From: an uncultured Chloroflexia bacterium
GTDB lineage: Bacteria > Chloroflexota > Anaerolineae > Anaerolineales > UBA4823
Assembly: GCA_963736805.1 (NCBI GenBank)
Contig: CAVTQM010000058.1
Coordinates: 150,589-214,588, forward strand
Reading direction: 5' to 3'
DNA length: 64,000 bases
Below, piece by piece: positions 1 to 11,238 of this stretch (positions are counted from its first letter, which is position 1; each line of letters begins with the position of its first letter). The notes under the pieces were generated by a model. It saw only the letters and a program-made list of their open reading frames with translations, had not been told where the DNA came from and ran no database searches. The position numbers and the translations under genes were made by a program.

Positions 1-495
1 ACGATCTTATATGAAATCATCGATAGTGAAGGGAATATTATTCAACCATTTACCCCTCGCTTACGTTGGGATCTAACAGTCGATCCAGTAATTCAGGTAT
101 ATGAAGATAACACGATTAGAGGCTGCCAGCCAACCGGTGAGATGAAGACAGTGCAACCATGGGTGTTTGACCAGGTACGGACTGGGATGCGACTGGCAGT
201 GACAGAAGGTACCCTTGAAAATGTGTTTGCCAACGTAAACATTTCTGTGGCTGGGAAAACCGGAACAGCCGAATATTGTGACAAATTTGCTCAAGCTAAA
301 AATCTCTGCGAGCCTGGTAACTGGCCATCGCACGCATGGACAGTTGCATTTGCTCCATACGAAGATCCTGAAATTGCTGTGGTTGCTTTTGTTTATAATG
401 GTCAAGAAGGTGCCACGGTAGCTGGTCCGATCGTCCGTAGGGTTCTAGAAGCATATTTTGAGCTAAAAGCAGCTGATAGCGCTATTTCTCCTTGA
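1..495 (+). CDS. mrdA: Penicillin-binding protein 2 family transpeptidase, C-terminal part (5' end outside window)
   Basis: Frame 1 is open from base 1 to the stop at 493-495. It contains the PBP KTG box (VAGKTGTAE) and is immediately followed by a SEDS-family gene. Confidence 0.75.
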   Translation, partial: TILYEIIDSEGNIIQPFTPRLRWDLTVDPVIQVYEDNTIRGCQPTGEMKTVQPWVFDQVRTGMRLAVTEGTLENVFANVNISVAGKTGTAEYCDKFAQAKNLCEPGNWPSHAWTVAFAPYEDPEIAVVAFVYNGQEGATVAGPIVRRVLEAYFELKAADSAISP

Positions 496-581
496 AACAT
501 AGAACTGATGAATTCATGATGTTTTTATAAGTCGATGTTATCAATTATTGGAATGAAGGTAAGGAACGATATCCTAATCCT

Positions 582-1685
582 ATGAGTCAAACAAATTGGC
601 GACATTTTGATTTTTGGTTACTAGGTGCGGTTGTCTTAATGACAATCTTTGGCATTACGATGATTCGCTCAGCCGTAGCTGGAAATATCGAATTAGAACA
701 AGCAAACCTTGTACAAAGGCAACTGATTTTTGCTATTATTGGTTTCGCAGTCATATTTATTGTTTCTATCATCGACTACCACCTGTGGGCTTCTATCATC
801 CGCCCTATGTATTACATAACAGTTATCTTTTTAGGCGCATTAACAGTAGCTGGACAGGCTTTATATGGTTCTGCACGTTGGTTTGATACAGGCGTGATAC
901 TTATTCAACCATCAGAAATTGCTAAAATTGTTGTCATTTTAGTGTTATCAGATTTCTTCGCAAGAAATTATGATAAACTCGATAGTCTTACCTGGATTGG
1001 ACGCAGTTTTTTATACACTTTAGGCATTGTTGTTTGGATTATTCTTCAACCCAATTTAAGCACATCATTGGTGATCCTGGCAATTTGGTTCAGCTTGCTA
1101 TGGGCAAGCGGATTAAAAGTAAAATACTTGCTCGCTTTTAGCGGGATAGCATTAGTCGCTCCGTTTGCCGCTTTTCCTTTATTAGCAGATTATCAAAAAC
1201 AAAGGATATTAAATTTCCTAATTTCTGACCCGAATGCAACACAGGGAGAAACCTATAATATTCAACAAGCTTTAATTAGTATTGGCTCAGGAGGATTATT
1301 AGGCAAGGGATATAACCAGGGAACACAAGTACATTTGAGATTTCTCAAGGTACGCTGGTCCGATTTTATATTTTCTGCAACTGCTGAGGAATTTGGATTA
1401 ATTGGTTCTGTCGTGATCATGCTTTTATTATTATTCATTATTTATCGCTGCCTGCGGGTAGCCAGATTAGCCCGAGATACATTCGGTGGTTTAATAGCAT
1501 ACGGAGTTTCGGTATTATTAGCCTTTCAGGGAATGGTAAATATTGGTGTAAATTTAAAACTATTACCTGCAACAGGACTACCTTTGCCATTTATTAGTTA
1601 TGGAGGCAGCTCATTGCTATCACTATTGCTTGGGATTGGATTGGTAGAGAGTGTAATATTGCGGCATAAACCGCTTGAATTTTAA
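582..1685 (+). CDS. rodA: SEDS-family peptidoglycan polymerase (RodA/FtsW/SpoVE family)
   Basis: 367-aa polytopic protein with typical family segments (PSEIAKI..., GLPLPFISYGGSS near the C-terminus). Its position right after PBP2 favours RodA over FtsW. Confidence 0.8.
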   Translation: MSQTNWRHFDFWLLGAVVLMTIFGITMIRSAVAGNIELEQANLVQRQLIFAIIGFAVIFIVSIIDYHLWASIIRPMYYITVIFLGALTVAGQALYGSARWFDTGVILIQPSEIAKIVVILVLSDFFARNYDKLDSLTWIGRSFLYTLGIVVWIILQPNLSTSLVILAIWFSLLWASGLKVKYLLAFSGIALVAPFAAFPLLADYQKQRILNFLISDPNATQGETYNIQQALISIGSGGLLGKGYNQGTQVHLRFLKVRWSDFIFSATAEEFGLIGSVVIMLLLLFIIYRCLRVARLARDTFGGLIAYGVSVLLAFQGMVNIGVNLKLLPATGLPLPFISYGGSSLLSLLLGIGLVESVILRHKPLEF

Positions 1686-1746
1686 TATGATCCAGAAATT
1701 ATCTAGACATTGCGCATAGACAATAAATTCCATTGGGAGTAACAAT

Positions 1747-3244
1747 TTGATAGAAGATAAACCGGTTCGTGTCCGTTTTGCACCATCACCGACTGGTCGA
1801 ACCCACCTTGGAAGCGGGCGTACAGCCCTCTATAATTATCTATTAGCCCGTCAAACCGGGGGAAAATTCATATTACGGATTGAGGACACAGATCAGAAGC
1901 GCTATGTACCTGGTGCTGAAAAAGAGCTGATCGACAGTTTACATTGGATGGGATTAGATTGGGATGAAGGTCCAGACGTCGGAGGATCGTATGGTCCTTA
2001 CTACCAAACCCAGCGAAAAGATATCTATGCTGAATATGCGTTGAAGTTGATCGATACGGGTCATGCATATTATTGTTTCTGCAGCCCTGAGCGTTTAGAC
2101 CAAGTACGCAAAGAGCAACAGAGCCGTAAAGAAAATCCACGATATGATGGTTTATGCCGTCGATTGGATCTCGAAGTTGCTAGGGCGAGAGCGATGACAG
2201 GCGAACGGTATGTTGTAAGATTTAAAGTGCCTGAAAGTGGTTCAGTAACAGCCCATGATCTATTACGTGGTGATATCACTGTGGATCATTCAGCTATAGA
2301 CGATCACGTTATCGTGAGATCGGATGGATTAGCGCTTTATCATCTGGCAGCTATGGTGGATGATCACCTGATGGAAATTTCGCATGTCATCCGTGGTTCT
2401 GAGTGGTTGTCGACATTCCCACTGCATGTCCTCATTATCCGGGCTTTCGGTTGGCAGGAACCCGAATTTGTGCATCTATCTGTTTTTCTTAAACCGAGCG
2501 GTAAGGGTAAGATGGCTAAAAGAGATGCATCACAGCAGATTCAAGACGGACATTCGATATTTATCAAAGATTTAGAAGGTTTGGGTTATATCCCAGAAGG
2601 GGTCATTAATTGGATTGCGTTAATGGGATGGAGCTACGATGACCGCACCGAATATTTTACTCTTCCGGACTTGGTGAATAAATTTAGTTTGGAACATTTA
2701 AATCCTTCACCAGCAGCCATCAATTTCACGAAGCTGGATTACTTCAATGGTCTGCACATCCGTAGTTTAACCAGAGAGGACCTTGCGCACAGACTTGCAC
2801 CCTTTATTGGCAATGCTGGGTATACACTTGATGAAGATGTTCTCTATCGTGCTATCCCTATCATTCGTGAGCGTTTGGTTACTTTGGATGATGTCATACC
2901 AGTCGCCGGCTTTTTATTTAAAGCTAATGTAATTCCTAATCCCAGACGATCTAATTGGTGATAATCTGACAACAGAACAGTCGATCAAAGTAGCAAGAGA
3001 AGTATTTAATATATTAGCAGCTCTGCCTGAGATTAACAAGGATGTTGCTGAACCCCCTTTAAGGAATCTTGTAGAAGGATTTGGACTAAAAGCAGGCCAG
3101 GTTTTTGGGATCATAAGAGTAGCTGTGACTGGCCAAAAGGTGAGCCCACCGCTCTTTGAAACAATGGAGATTATTGGAAAGGAAGAAGTTTTACGTCGAT
3201 TAAAAAATGCGATTGAATTATTAGAGCAGGCTGATCACCAGTAA
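1747..3244 (+). CDS. gltX: Glutamyl-tRNA synthetase, one frame break near 2941-2947
   Basis: TTG start. Class I signatures are present (RFAPSPTGRTHLGS; GKMAKR as the KMSKS variant). The 404-aa ORF stops at 2959-2961, but the conserved C-terminal part (..IRVAVTGQKVSPPLFETMEIIGKEEVLRRL..) continues in another frame to the TAA at 3242-3244. The frames join with a 1-nt change at the CCC run 2941-2943. Confidence 0.85.
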
Positions 3245-3261
3245 CAATCCATGCATCAGAC

Positions 3262-3290
3262 TGGACGTCAATGAATGGGCGTGGTAAAAT
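3262..3290 (+). promoter_or_regulatory. Possible sigma70-type promoter for tRNA-Gln
   Basis: TGGACG (3262-3267), a 17-nt spacer, then TAAAAT (3285-3290) with an extended -10 TG at 3282-3283, about 15 nt upstream of the tRNA 5' end. Confidence 0.35.
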
Positions 3291-3305
3291 TTTTCTGTTA
3301 ATCAC

Positions 3306-3379
3306 TGGGGGCTCGTCTAATGGTAGGACAGCAGACTCTGGATCTGTATGTAGAGGTTCGAATCCTTTGCCCCCAGCCA
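3306..3379 (+). tRNA. tRNA-Gln (anticodon CTG), CCA encoded
   Basis: Hand-folded cloverleaf. The 7-bp acceptor stem is TGGGGGC/GCCCCCA, the D arm is GTCT/GGAC, the anticodon stem is GCAGA/TCTGT with loop CTCTGGA (anticodon CTG), and the T arm is AGAGG/CCTTT with loop TTCGAAT. Discriminator G and CCA follow. Confidence 0.9.
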
Positions 3380-3385
3380 TAGGTC

Positions 3386-3415
3386 AAAACACCCCGTCAG
3401 ACCGGGGTGTTTTGA
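3386..3415 (+). terminator. Rho-independent terminator after tRNA-Gln
   Basis: Stem AACACCCCG / CGGGGTGTT (3388-3396 / 3403-3411) with a 6-nt loop, followed by a T run. Confidence 0.6.
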
Positions 3416-3434
3416 TAAATTTGGAGGTTTAAAA

Positions 3435-5138
3435 ATGACTGAAATTCCATCCACAACTCCTAACAACTTTATCCTTGAAGCTGTTGGTGAAGACAATAAA
3501 AATGGACGATTCGGGGGCAGGGTACATACCCGCTTTCCGCCTGAACCCAATGGTTATTTGCATATCGGCCATGCAAAAGCAATTTACATTGATTTTGGGA
3601 TCGCCCTTGAGTTTAATGGGAAATGCAACTTGCGTTTTGATGATACCAATCCTGTAAAAGAAGATGTGGAATATGTAGAATCAATCAAGGAAGATATCCA
3701 CTGGCTTGGGTATGACTGGGAAGATCGGTTATTCTTTGCTTCGGATTATTTTTCTCAGTTGTATGATTATGCGGTCCGATTGATCAAAAAAGGGAAGGCA
3801 TATGTTGATGACCTAAGCGCAGATGAAATCAGGGAGTACCGGGGAACACTGACTGAACCAGGGAAGAACAGTCCCTATCGCGATCGTTCGGTTGAAGAGA
3901 ATTTAAATTTATTCGAGCGTATGCATGATGGAGAATTTCCAGATGGTACGCGTGTACTTAGAGCAAAGATTGATATGGCGTCTGGGAATATGAATATGCG
4001 TGATCCGGTCATGTATCGCATCCTTCACTCAACCCATCACAGAACAGGTGATACGTGGTGTATATATCCGATGTATGATTTTGCACATGGACAGAGTGAT
4101 TCAATCGAAGGTGTTACCCATTCATTATGTTCTTTGGAATATGAGGACCATCGTCCTTTGTATGATTGGTTTTTAGATGAATTGGAGATATATCATCCAC
4201 GCCAGATCGAATTTGCGCGCTTGAATTTAAACTATACCGTGATGAGTAAGCGGAAATTATTAACCCTGGTGAAAGATAAGCATGTTCTGGGTTGGGATGA
4301 CCCTCGAATGCCAACTTTATCTGGATTACGTCGGCGTGGTTATTCACCAGTGGTTATCCGTAAGTTTTTAGATACGATCGGTGTTGCAAAACGTAATAAT
4401 GTTGTGGATATCGCATTATTAGAACATTTAGTACGCGAAGAATTGAATCTTAATGCTCCACGGGTGATGGGGGTATTAAATCCCCTGAAGGTAGTAATCG
4501 ATAACTATCCACCTGGACAAATTGAAGAACTTGAGGCGGTTAATAACCCTGAAGATCCAAGTGTTGGCACGCGAAAAGTACGTTTCTCTAAAGAAATCTA
4601 TATCGAAAGGGATGATTTTAAAGAAGAACCACCGAAAAAATTTTTCCGCTTAGCCCCTGGTAGGGAAGTGCGATTACGGTATGGTTATTTTATTAAATGT
4701 GTCGAGATTATCAAAGACGAAGGGACAGGTGAAATTAAAGAACTGCATTGTACCTATGACCCAGAGACACGCGGCGGCTATGCACCCGATGGACGAAAAG
4801 TGCAAGGCACATTGCATTGGGTTTCAGCCCAGGATGCATTAGAAGTCGAAGTGAGACTATATGATCGACTCTTTACAAAGGCTGATCTAAATGATTTGGA
4901 TGAAGGAATGGAATTTCTTGATTTTATCAATCCTGACTCATTACATATTAACAAGCACTGCCTTGTAGAAGCAAGCCTTGCACTAGCAACAACAGGGTCG
5001 CGATACCAATTTGAACGAGCAGGATATTTTATTGTGGATCCTGATTCTGCGCCGGGGAAACTTGTTTTTAATCGGATCGTCCCTTTACGGGATACCTGGG
5101 CAAAAATCGAAGAAGCTCAAAAGAATAGCGGGAATTAG
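3435..5138 (+). CDS. glnS: Glutaminyl-tRNA synthetase
   Basis: Intact 567-aa ORF with the HIGH motif (PNGYLHIGH) and VMSKR (KMSKS variant), and GlnRS-type N- and C-terminal domains. Confidence 0.9.
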   Translation: MTEIPSTTPNNFILEAVGEDNKNGRFGGRVHTRFPPEPNGYLHIGHAKAIYIDFGIALEFNGKCNLRFDDTNPVKEDVEYVESIKEDIHWLGYDWEDRLFFASDYFSQLYDYAVRLIKKGKAYVDDLSADEIREYRGTLTEPGKNSPYRDRSVEENLNLFERMHDGEFPDGTRVLRAKIDMASGNMNMRDPVMYRILHSTHHRTGDTWCIYPMYDFAHGQSDSIEGVTHSLCSLEYEDHRPLYDWFLDELEIYHPRQIEFARLNLNYTVMSKRKLLTLVKDKHVLGWDDPRMPTLSGLRRRGYSPVVIRKFLDTIGVAKRNNVVDIALLEHLVREELNLNAPRVMGVLNPLKVVIDNYPPGQIEELEAVNNPEDPSVGTRKVRFSKEIYIERDDFKEEPPKKFFRLAPGREVRLRYGYFIKCVEIIKDEGTGEIKELHCTYDPETRGGYAPDGRKVQGTLHWVSAQDALEVEVRLYDRLFTKADLNDLDEGMEFLDFINPDSLHINKHCLVEASLALATTGSRYQFERAGYFIVDPDSAPGKLVFNRIVPLRDTWAKIEEAQKNSGN

Positions 5139-5209
5139 GATTTCCAGGACTTCTTGGTATGGAATTTGTGTAGTTTGCCCTGCACTTAGGTAAGTAAAAG
5201 GAAGGTTTT

Positions 5210-7051
5210 ATGTGTGGAATTGTAGGCTACATTGGTCCTAAGAACGCAACCCCGATTATTCTGAATGGTCTTAAAAAGCTTGAATATCGGGGGTATGACT
5301 CAGCTGGATTGGCAGTCATCCAAAATGACCATATTGAGATTCGAAGAGACGTGGGGAAATTAAGCAATCTGGTAGACTTGGTCTCGGAAATTCCTGTAAC
5401 TGGTCATATTGGAATTGGGCATACACGTTGGGCAACGCATGGTGAGCCTAGTGCGCGAAATGCGCATCCACATATTGGAATGTCTGGGAATGTTGTGGTT
5501 GTTCATAATGGGATTGTGGAAAACTATCAGGAGCTACGGAGTGAACTTTTGGATGAAGGCGTCATCTTCAACTCGGATACAGATACAGAAGTGATTGTCC
5601 AGCTAGTAGAACGATACCAATCGACAGGTCTTGGATTGGTCGAAGCTGCCAAGAAAGCTTTGCAACAGCTAAAGGGTGCTCACGGAATCGTATTAATGTC
5701 ATCTCTTGAACCCGATAAGATCGTAGCAGCCCGGATCGGAAACGCTGGTGGGGTGGTTATTGGGATAGGTGAAAATGAAATGTTCATTGCATCTGATTTA
5801 CCAGCCATTCTGGAGCATACACGGAAAGTGGTATTTTTGGAATCACACCATATGGCAACCGTCACAGCTGATCGATTAACAGTTCAGACAATAGAAGGTA
5901 AAAACGTGGCGGTTAAGGAGCAAACGGTTTCTTGGGATCCTATTTCTGCAGAAAAAGGTGAATACCGGCATTTTATGCTTAAGGAAATTAACGAGCAGGT
6001 ACGGTCCCTGACAGATACAATTGCTGGACGGATTGATTTTGAGTCTGGGAACATAAAACTACCTGAGCTAAATCTTTCACCGGAATTTGCTCGGAAAATA
6101 TCAAAGATATATATTACCGCCTGCGGAACAGCTTCTCATGCTGGCATGATTGGTAAGATCCTCATCGAGCGGATTGCTAGGATTCCAGCCCAATTAGAAA
6201 TAGCATCAGAATTTCGATATGGCGATCCAATTATCGATCAGAATTCGGTGGTATTGGCTATCAGTCAATCTGGAGAAACAGCCGATACACTGGCTGCGAT
6301 GGAAGAGGGGCGCAGAAAAGGAGCAAAATTATGGTCGATTGTAAATGCGATAGGAACGCAAGCGATGCGCATAGCCGATGGATATATATCCATGCAGGCT
6401 GGTCCTGAAATTGGTGTCGCATCTACAAAAGCATTTACTGCTCCTATTGTCGACCTGTTTATGTTGGCAATCTTATTAGCCGATTTACGCGGGGTATTGG
6501 AAGATAAGAACAAACGTTTGTTGGTGGAAGGCTTATGTAAAATACCTGACCTGGTTGGGAAGTGTCTTGATCGTCAAAACCAAGTGGAAGAGGTTGCAGC
6601 TGTATTAAAAGATACTCGGAGCTGTTTATATCTTGGCAGGGGGATCAATATGCCTATTGCCTATGAAGGTGCGTTGAAACTAAAGGAGATATCATATATC
6701 CATGCTGAAGGATACCCAGCTGGAGAGATGAAACATGGACCGATCGCACTTATTGACCGTGAAATGCCTGTGGTTGCTTTGGCTCCGCATGATCCATGGT
6801 ACGAAAAAATGATCAGCCAGATTGAACAGGCGAAAGCACGAGGTGGGACCGTTATCGCGGTGGCAACTGAAGGAGACAATATAATTCAAACGCTTGCAGA
6901 TCATGTTCTTTGGATTCCGGATTCTCTATGGTATTTAAGCCCGGTGTTAACAGTTATACCCCTACAATTGCTCGCTTACTATATTGCGGCAAAACGTGGA
7001 TTAGACGTCGATCAACCAAGGAACCTTGCCAAATCCGTAACTGTTGAATAG
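5210..7051 (+). CDS. glmS: Glutamine--fructose-6-phosphate aminotransferase
   Basis: Intact 613-aa ORF with the MCGIVGY N-terminal nucleophile start, tandem SIS domains and the characteristic C-terminal ..AKSVTVE. Confidence 0.95.
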   Translation: MCGIVGYIGPKNATPIILNGLKKLEYRGYDSAGLAVIQNDHIEIRRDVGKLSNLVDLVSEIPVTGHIGIGHTRWATHGEPSARNAHPHIGMSGNVVVVHNGIVENYQELRSELLDEGVIFNSDTDTEVIVQLVERYQSTGLGLVEAAKKALQQLKGAHGIVLMSSLEPDKIVAARIGNAGGVVIGIGENEMFIASDLPAILEHTRKVVFLESHHMATVTADRLTVQTIEGKNVAVKEQTVSWDPISAEKGEYRHFMLKEINEQVRSLTDTIAGRIDFESGNIKLPELNLSPEFARKISKIYITACGTASHAGMIGKILIERIARIPAQLEIASEFRYGDPIIDQNSVVLAISQSGETADTLAAMEEGRRKGAKLWSIVNAIGTQAMRIADGYISMQAGPEIGVASTKAFTAPIVDLFMLAILLADLRGVLEDKNKRLLVEGLCKIPDLVGKCLDRQNQVEEVAAVLKDTRSCLYLGRGINMPIAYEGALKLKEISYIHAEGYPAGEMKHGPIALIDREMPVVALAPHDPWYEKMISQIEQAKARGGTVIAVATEGDNIIQTLADHVLWIPDSLWYLSPVLTVIPLQLLAYYIAAKRGLDVDQPRNLAKSVTVE

Positions 7052-7052
7052 T

Positions 7053-8496
7053 TTATTCTGAATGATACGAATGCATCAGCCTTGAGATAACGAATTCACC
7101 TCTCGTTAGCAATTCCTCCTGATCATCAGGATACGATGGATTATTAAGCAGCTCCAATGTTCGTTCACGTAGTAATCGATTGGGTTCGAGAATGTTAGAT
7201 TCTTGCCATTTTTCAAGGCTCATTCTTGGGAAGATATTGCTGGAAAGATAGGCATTTTTAAATATTTTCATGGTCTGAGGGGAGGAAAGATAATTACCTC
7301 CAATACCCATTTTCTTTATCTGATCGAAATTAATTGTTTCATCATTTACTTCAAAACCCCTGGTAAATTGCCGGGATTGTTCGATGATCTCATTGGCGTA
7401 AACAACCAGGTTGGGAGAAAAAACTTTCGAACCATGAATTCCACCTACAAAGGGTGCTAACCCTGCTTTCCCCAAACAGCACGTCAAATGATTAATCGTA
7501 AGGGTTGGAGCCGAGATTAGATCTGCTCCCCAACCATTGGAACTACCCGATGTACCAGCATGGGGAATTTGGTAATGATCCATCATTTCTGCACAAGCAA
7601 TATTTAATAACATTGTTTGAGGATCATAAAAATCCACCATCATTTTCATATCAAAAAATGCGGGCTGGCTTCCTAAAATAACCGGGGTTCCTGGTTGGAT
7701 TAGTTGGCTGAATACCAAACCGGCTAATAATTCTGAATTAAGGAGTGTTAATATACCTGCAGAGGTGATTGGCGTTGATACGCCTGCCATACCATAATTG
7801 GAAAAGATCAATGGCAAGCCTCGGTCGATCGAAGAAAGCATGTTCTCTGCCGTTGCCTTATTGAATACCAGGGGAGTGACAGGATTAAAGTATGGAATTA
7901 CAAATGGTTTTGTAGAGAGATTTCCAATAAGCTGATCTAGTAAATTTAAACAAGGAACGAATTGATTCTTATCTGATACCAGGATAATTAATGGTTTTTC
8001 TGTTCCGGCCACCATTTCCAGGACGGCAAGCAGATCTGCCTGGTGCTGTTTAACATTTCGGATAATGCCAATCGTTGAGATAATATCATAAGATGAAAGC
8101 ATGTTTCCCAAGCCAACAGCAGAGCGCATGTTTTCCCGCGTGAATGGCAAAATTTCTCCAGTTTCTGGTGATTCATAAAATAGGTTTGTCACTCCGATAC
8201 CGAAGTGTGTTTTCTCTTCACCCAAACGGAAAGCCAACTCTCTTTTTCGATTGTATATATCTATAAAAGATGGAACTTGTTGAATTGCCCATTCAACAAG
8301 TATCAGGATGAAAAAGAACATGCTGATTATCTAAAATTGTTGCCCCATTTGATTTTTTCAGTCGCATTAAGGCATTTTCGGAATCTATTCTTACGCCAAC
8401 TTCAGCTAATATTTTCAATGAATAATCATGCACCTGTGCAATCGCATCAGGCGATAAAACCTGGATCAAAGGCTGAACATGCACGGAAGGTGACAT
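7053..8496 (-). CDS. MttB-superfamily (trimethylamine methyltransferase-like, non-Pyl) corrinoid-dependent methyltransferase, paralogue 4, one frame break
   Basis: Overlapping ORFs 8293-8496 (N-terminal 67 aa) and 7053-8321 (422 aa) lie in different frames (end coordinates mod 3 are 0 and 2). Together they give about 480 aa with an MttB-like N-terminus and core. Confidence 0.8.
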
Positions 8497-8508
8497 CTTG
8501 GTGTGAAT

Positions 8509-9696
8509 TTAGAAACCGCCGTTGCGTAAAAACCTTAGCGAAGCCTCTGCCAGGATGACTGCTCCATAAGGTAAACAGAGATCGTTAATATCAAACCTGG
8601 AATTATGGTGTTCACGTTCATCCCCTTCGACCATACTACCGAGTGAAAACATTGCACCAGGTGCAAGTTCTGAGAAACAACCAAAGTCCTCTGCACCTAA
8701 ACCTTGCGGAGGTGTACCAACATTATCTTCCCCTAATATATCAATCGCAGTTTGCCTAATTAACTCCGCTGCTTTCTCATCATTAATCATCGGAGGGGTA
8801 CCTATTTCAAAATTTAGCTTGTAATCACCCCCCAGTGTTTTTGCAACTTCAAAAGCCCTTTTTATCTCCGCGTGTATCCTTTCCTGTACCTTGGGGTCTG
8901 TATACCTTAATGTTCCAAGGATATCAACTTTATTGGGGATCACATTTTCAGCAAAACCAGCATTTATGGAACCGATGCTAACAACTGCAGAGTCAAATGG
9001 ATTAAGTTTACGTGAGACAATCCCATTTAATGCAAGGATGACATGAGCTGACAGGTAAATAGGATCTATAGTCTCATGAGGCCTAGCTCCATGACCGCCC
9101 ATTCCAAGAATGGATGCCCGGAATGTATCTACACCTCCGGAGGCAGGTCCCGCTCCGATATGGATCTGACCGACGGGGACATGCGCAGATACGTGTAATG
9201 CTAATACCAAAGCTACACCTCCGTCCATAGCTCCATCCTGTATCATACGCGGTGCACCGCTGATACCCTCATCATCAGCAACTTCCTCGGCGGGTTGGAA
9301 GAGGAAACGAACAGTTCCGGGAAGTTTCTCTTCTTTGGATAATAATTCGGCGACTCCCAGCAAGATTGCTGTATGCGCATCATGACCACATGCATGCATA
9401 ACCCCCGGAATTTTAGATACATAATCCGTCTGATTATCCTCCTGGAGAGGTAGTGCATCCATATCTGCACGGATAGCAACAATGGGTAGACCCTGTCCTA
9501 ACTCACCCACCACACCCGTTTTACCGACATTTTTCCTGACTCTGCATCCAAGTGATTCCAATACCTCAATTACCTTCGAGGAAGTTCTATGTTCTTGAAA
9601 GCCGAGTTCTGGATATTTATGAAAATCCCGTCGATATTCTTGCATTTTTATTTGAAGGTCCATCGCATCCTTAATCATAATCACCTCATCCATCAA
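8509..9696 (-). CDS. M20D-family amidohydrolase (aminoacylase / hippurate hydrolase-like)
   Basis: Intact 395-aa ORF with typical M20D segments (FHKYPELGFQE, RADMDALP, GVMHACGHDAH). There is a 4-nt start/stop overlap with the upstream MttB gene (9693-9696). Confidence 0.8.
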   Translation of the reverse strand: MMDEVIMIKDAMDLQIKMQEYRRDFHKYPELGFQEHRTSSKVIEVLESLGCRVRKNVGKTGVVGELGQGLPIVAIRADMDALPLQEDNQTDYVSKIPGVMHACGHDAHTAILLGVAELLSKEEKLPGTVRFLFQPAEEVADDEGISGAPRMIQDGAMDGGVALVLALHVSAHVPVGQIHIGAGPASGGVDTFRASILGMGGHGARPHETIDPIYLSAHVILALNGIVSRKLNPFDSAVVSIGSINAGFAENVIPNKVDILGTLRYTDPKVQERIHAEIKRAFEVAKTLGGDYKLNFEIGTPPMINDEKAAELIRQTAIDILGEDNVGTPPQGLGAEDFGCFSELAPGAMFSLGSMVEGDEREHHNSRFDINDLCLPYGAVILAEASLRFLRNGGF

Positions 9697-11113
9697 CCAC
9701 GTGTTTTTAATACATTATCTGCTTCTCGGAGGATTTCATCCAATTCCTGTTCCTGCCCAATGCTTAACGGATCCACATGATGATTATTAATTATTTGATT
9801 CGCTTCAGCTTGTGCTCTTTCAGCCATTCCAGAACGACCATTCAGCTCCCACGTCTCCCATGAACCTCGTTCAGCTAATGCTGTCAGTAGAACTTCTCCA
9901 CTCCGCAAGTAGCGTAGGGTGTGTTTTTGACCCAGGAAGTTGTGTGTAGTTTTCATTGCAGCTGAGATCACATCAACAGCCATTGAATCGTCATTTACAC
10001 TAAAACCATTCCTTATACGCCTAACACTCGCAGCGATTTCATTATCACACACAATTTGTGCAAATGAACCCATTACACCAGCTTCCATCTCACCAATACC
10101 AGAAAGCTCATCTGCACCCGCCAAAGCAGGAATAATCGCATTAAGCGACCGTTCAAAGCCGTTTTGAATATCCAAAGTATGCGAATTTGTTGAAAAACCA
10201 TAAACATTAACCGGTAATCCGTAATAATGGCCAATCTGAACCGTGGCAGCGGATGCTAGACCCAATTCAACCCCACCCCAAACGGATATTCCCGTACGGG
10301 GTTCCATCATTACCAACCGCCCACAATAAATAATTGGCAAACCTGGATGAACCAATTGGGCAAGCACAATTGATGCCAGCAATTCGGCGTTTTGTTGAGT
10401 AACTCCACCTGCTATGGAGAAAGGTGCGGTTGTTCCTATGGTGGGGCAGGGGAGAGGAGCAAAAGGAATATTATTTCGGGCGATCTCAATGATTGCTGAT
10501 GCACTAGTCGGCGGGAAATCCTAAAGGACTTACTGGAGAAACACTCAATGAGAATACTTCATTGGGTGGACCGATAACAGACGCTAATTGGATGGCAAAT
10601 CGCACTTCTTTAGCGGTTTGGACACCAGGTCCTTGGAGAGGCTTGGTAGTATGGGGGATGGCATACCGGTACATTGCCAAGGACATTAAATGGCCAGGAA
10701 CATCCTGGGGGGTGAAAAATGGAGTGATGGTAGTAACACCCTCCAGAGCATCGAGAAGTCGAGTGCAGTCTTGAAGATCCTTGAGGCTAGCCTTACGGCG
10801 AGTTCCAGAACCAGCATCAAAAACATCACGTGCTCCACCAAGATTGTGCCAATGCAGGCGTGTCGTCTCCCAGTATTTTTTCTGTGCCACCTCTACCACG
10901 GATGCATACTTTTGTGGTAGATTTTGCAACCTCTTGCTCTACAAGCCACTCAGGAAATAGAATTCTATCGTTGACAACAATTGCCCCTGCTCCAGTTAAT
11001 ATCTCGCGTGCTTCAGGGTGGGTAAGGGTTATACCAATTTCAGCTAATACTCGCAGGCTGGAAATATGGATTGCTTTGACATCTTCATCAGTCATGACCC
11101 TGAATTCATGCAT
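9693..11113 (-). CDS. MttB-superfamily methyltransferase, paralogue 3, two frame breaks
   Basis: Three pieces lie in three different frames: 10826-11113, 10504-10929, and 9693-10382 plus its M-less upstream extension. Joined, they read as one MttB-like protein of about 470 aa. Confidence 0.75.
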
Positions 11114-11238
11114 GGGTTTCTCCTGATATATTTATTTAATGATATGTATATTATCTAATTGTTTCTTGAATGTCATTAATTGTTTTGGAGAGGCGGAATA
11201 TCTACACCTCTCCAAAACGGTATTCTCAAATTTATTGT

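Noticed and set aside
1686-1746. T-box or other leader upstream of gltX
   Set aside because: Only about 60 nt separate rodA and gltX, which is too short for a T-box. No specifier or antiterminator features were seen.
3306-3415. tRNA-Gln as an integration site for a mobile element
   Set aside because: I saw no integrase, no direct repeat of the tRNA 3' end downstream and no compositional break. The flanking genes are core aminoacyl-tRNA synthetases.
5139-5209. Possible glmS ribozyme upstream of glmS
   Set aside because: The glnS-glmS spacer is only about 70 nt, far shorter than the ribozyme (roughly 170 nt). I could not recognise its conserved core.
7049-7055. Convergent glmS and mttB stop codons only 1 nt apart with no terminator
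   Set aside because: The observation is real, but such tight convergent ends are common in compact genomes. I see no structure suggesting a specific function.
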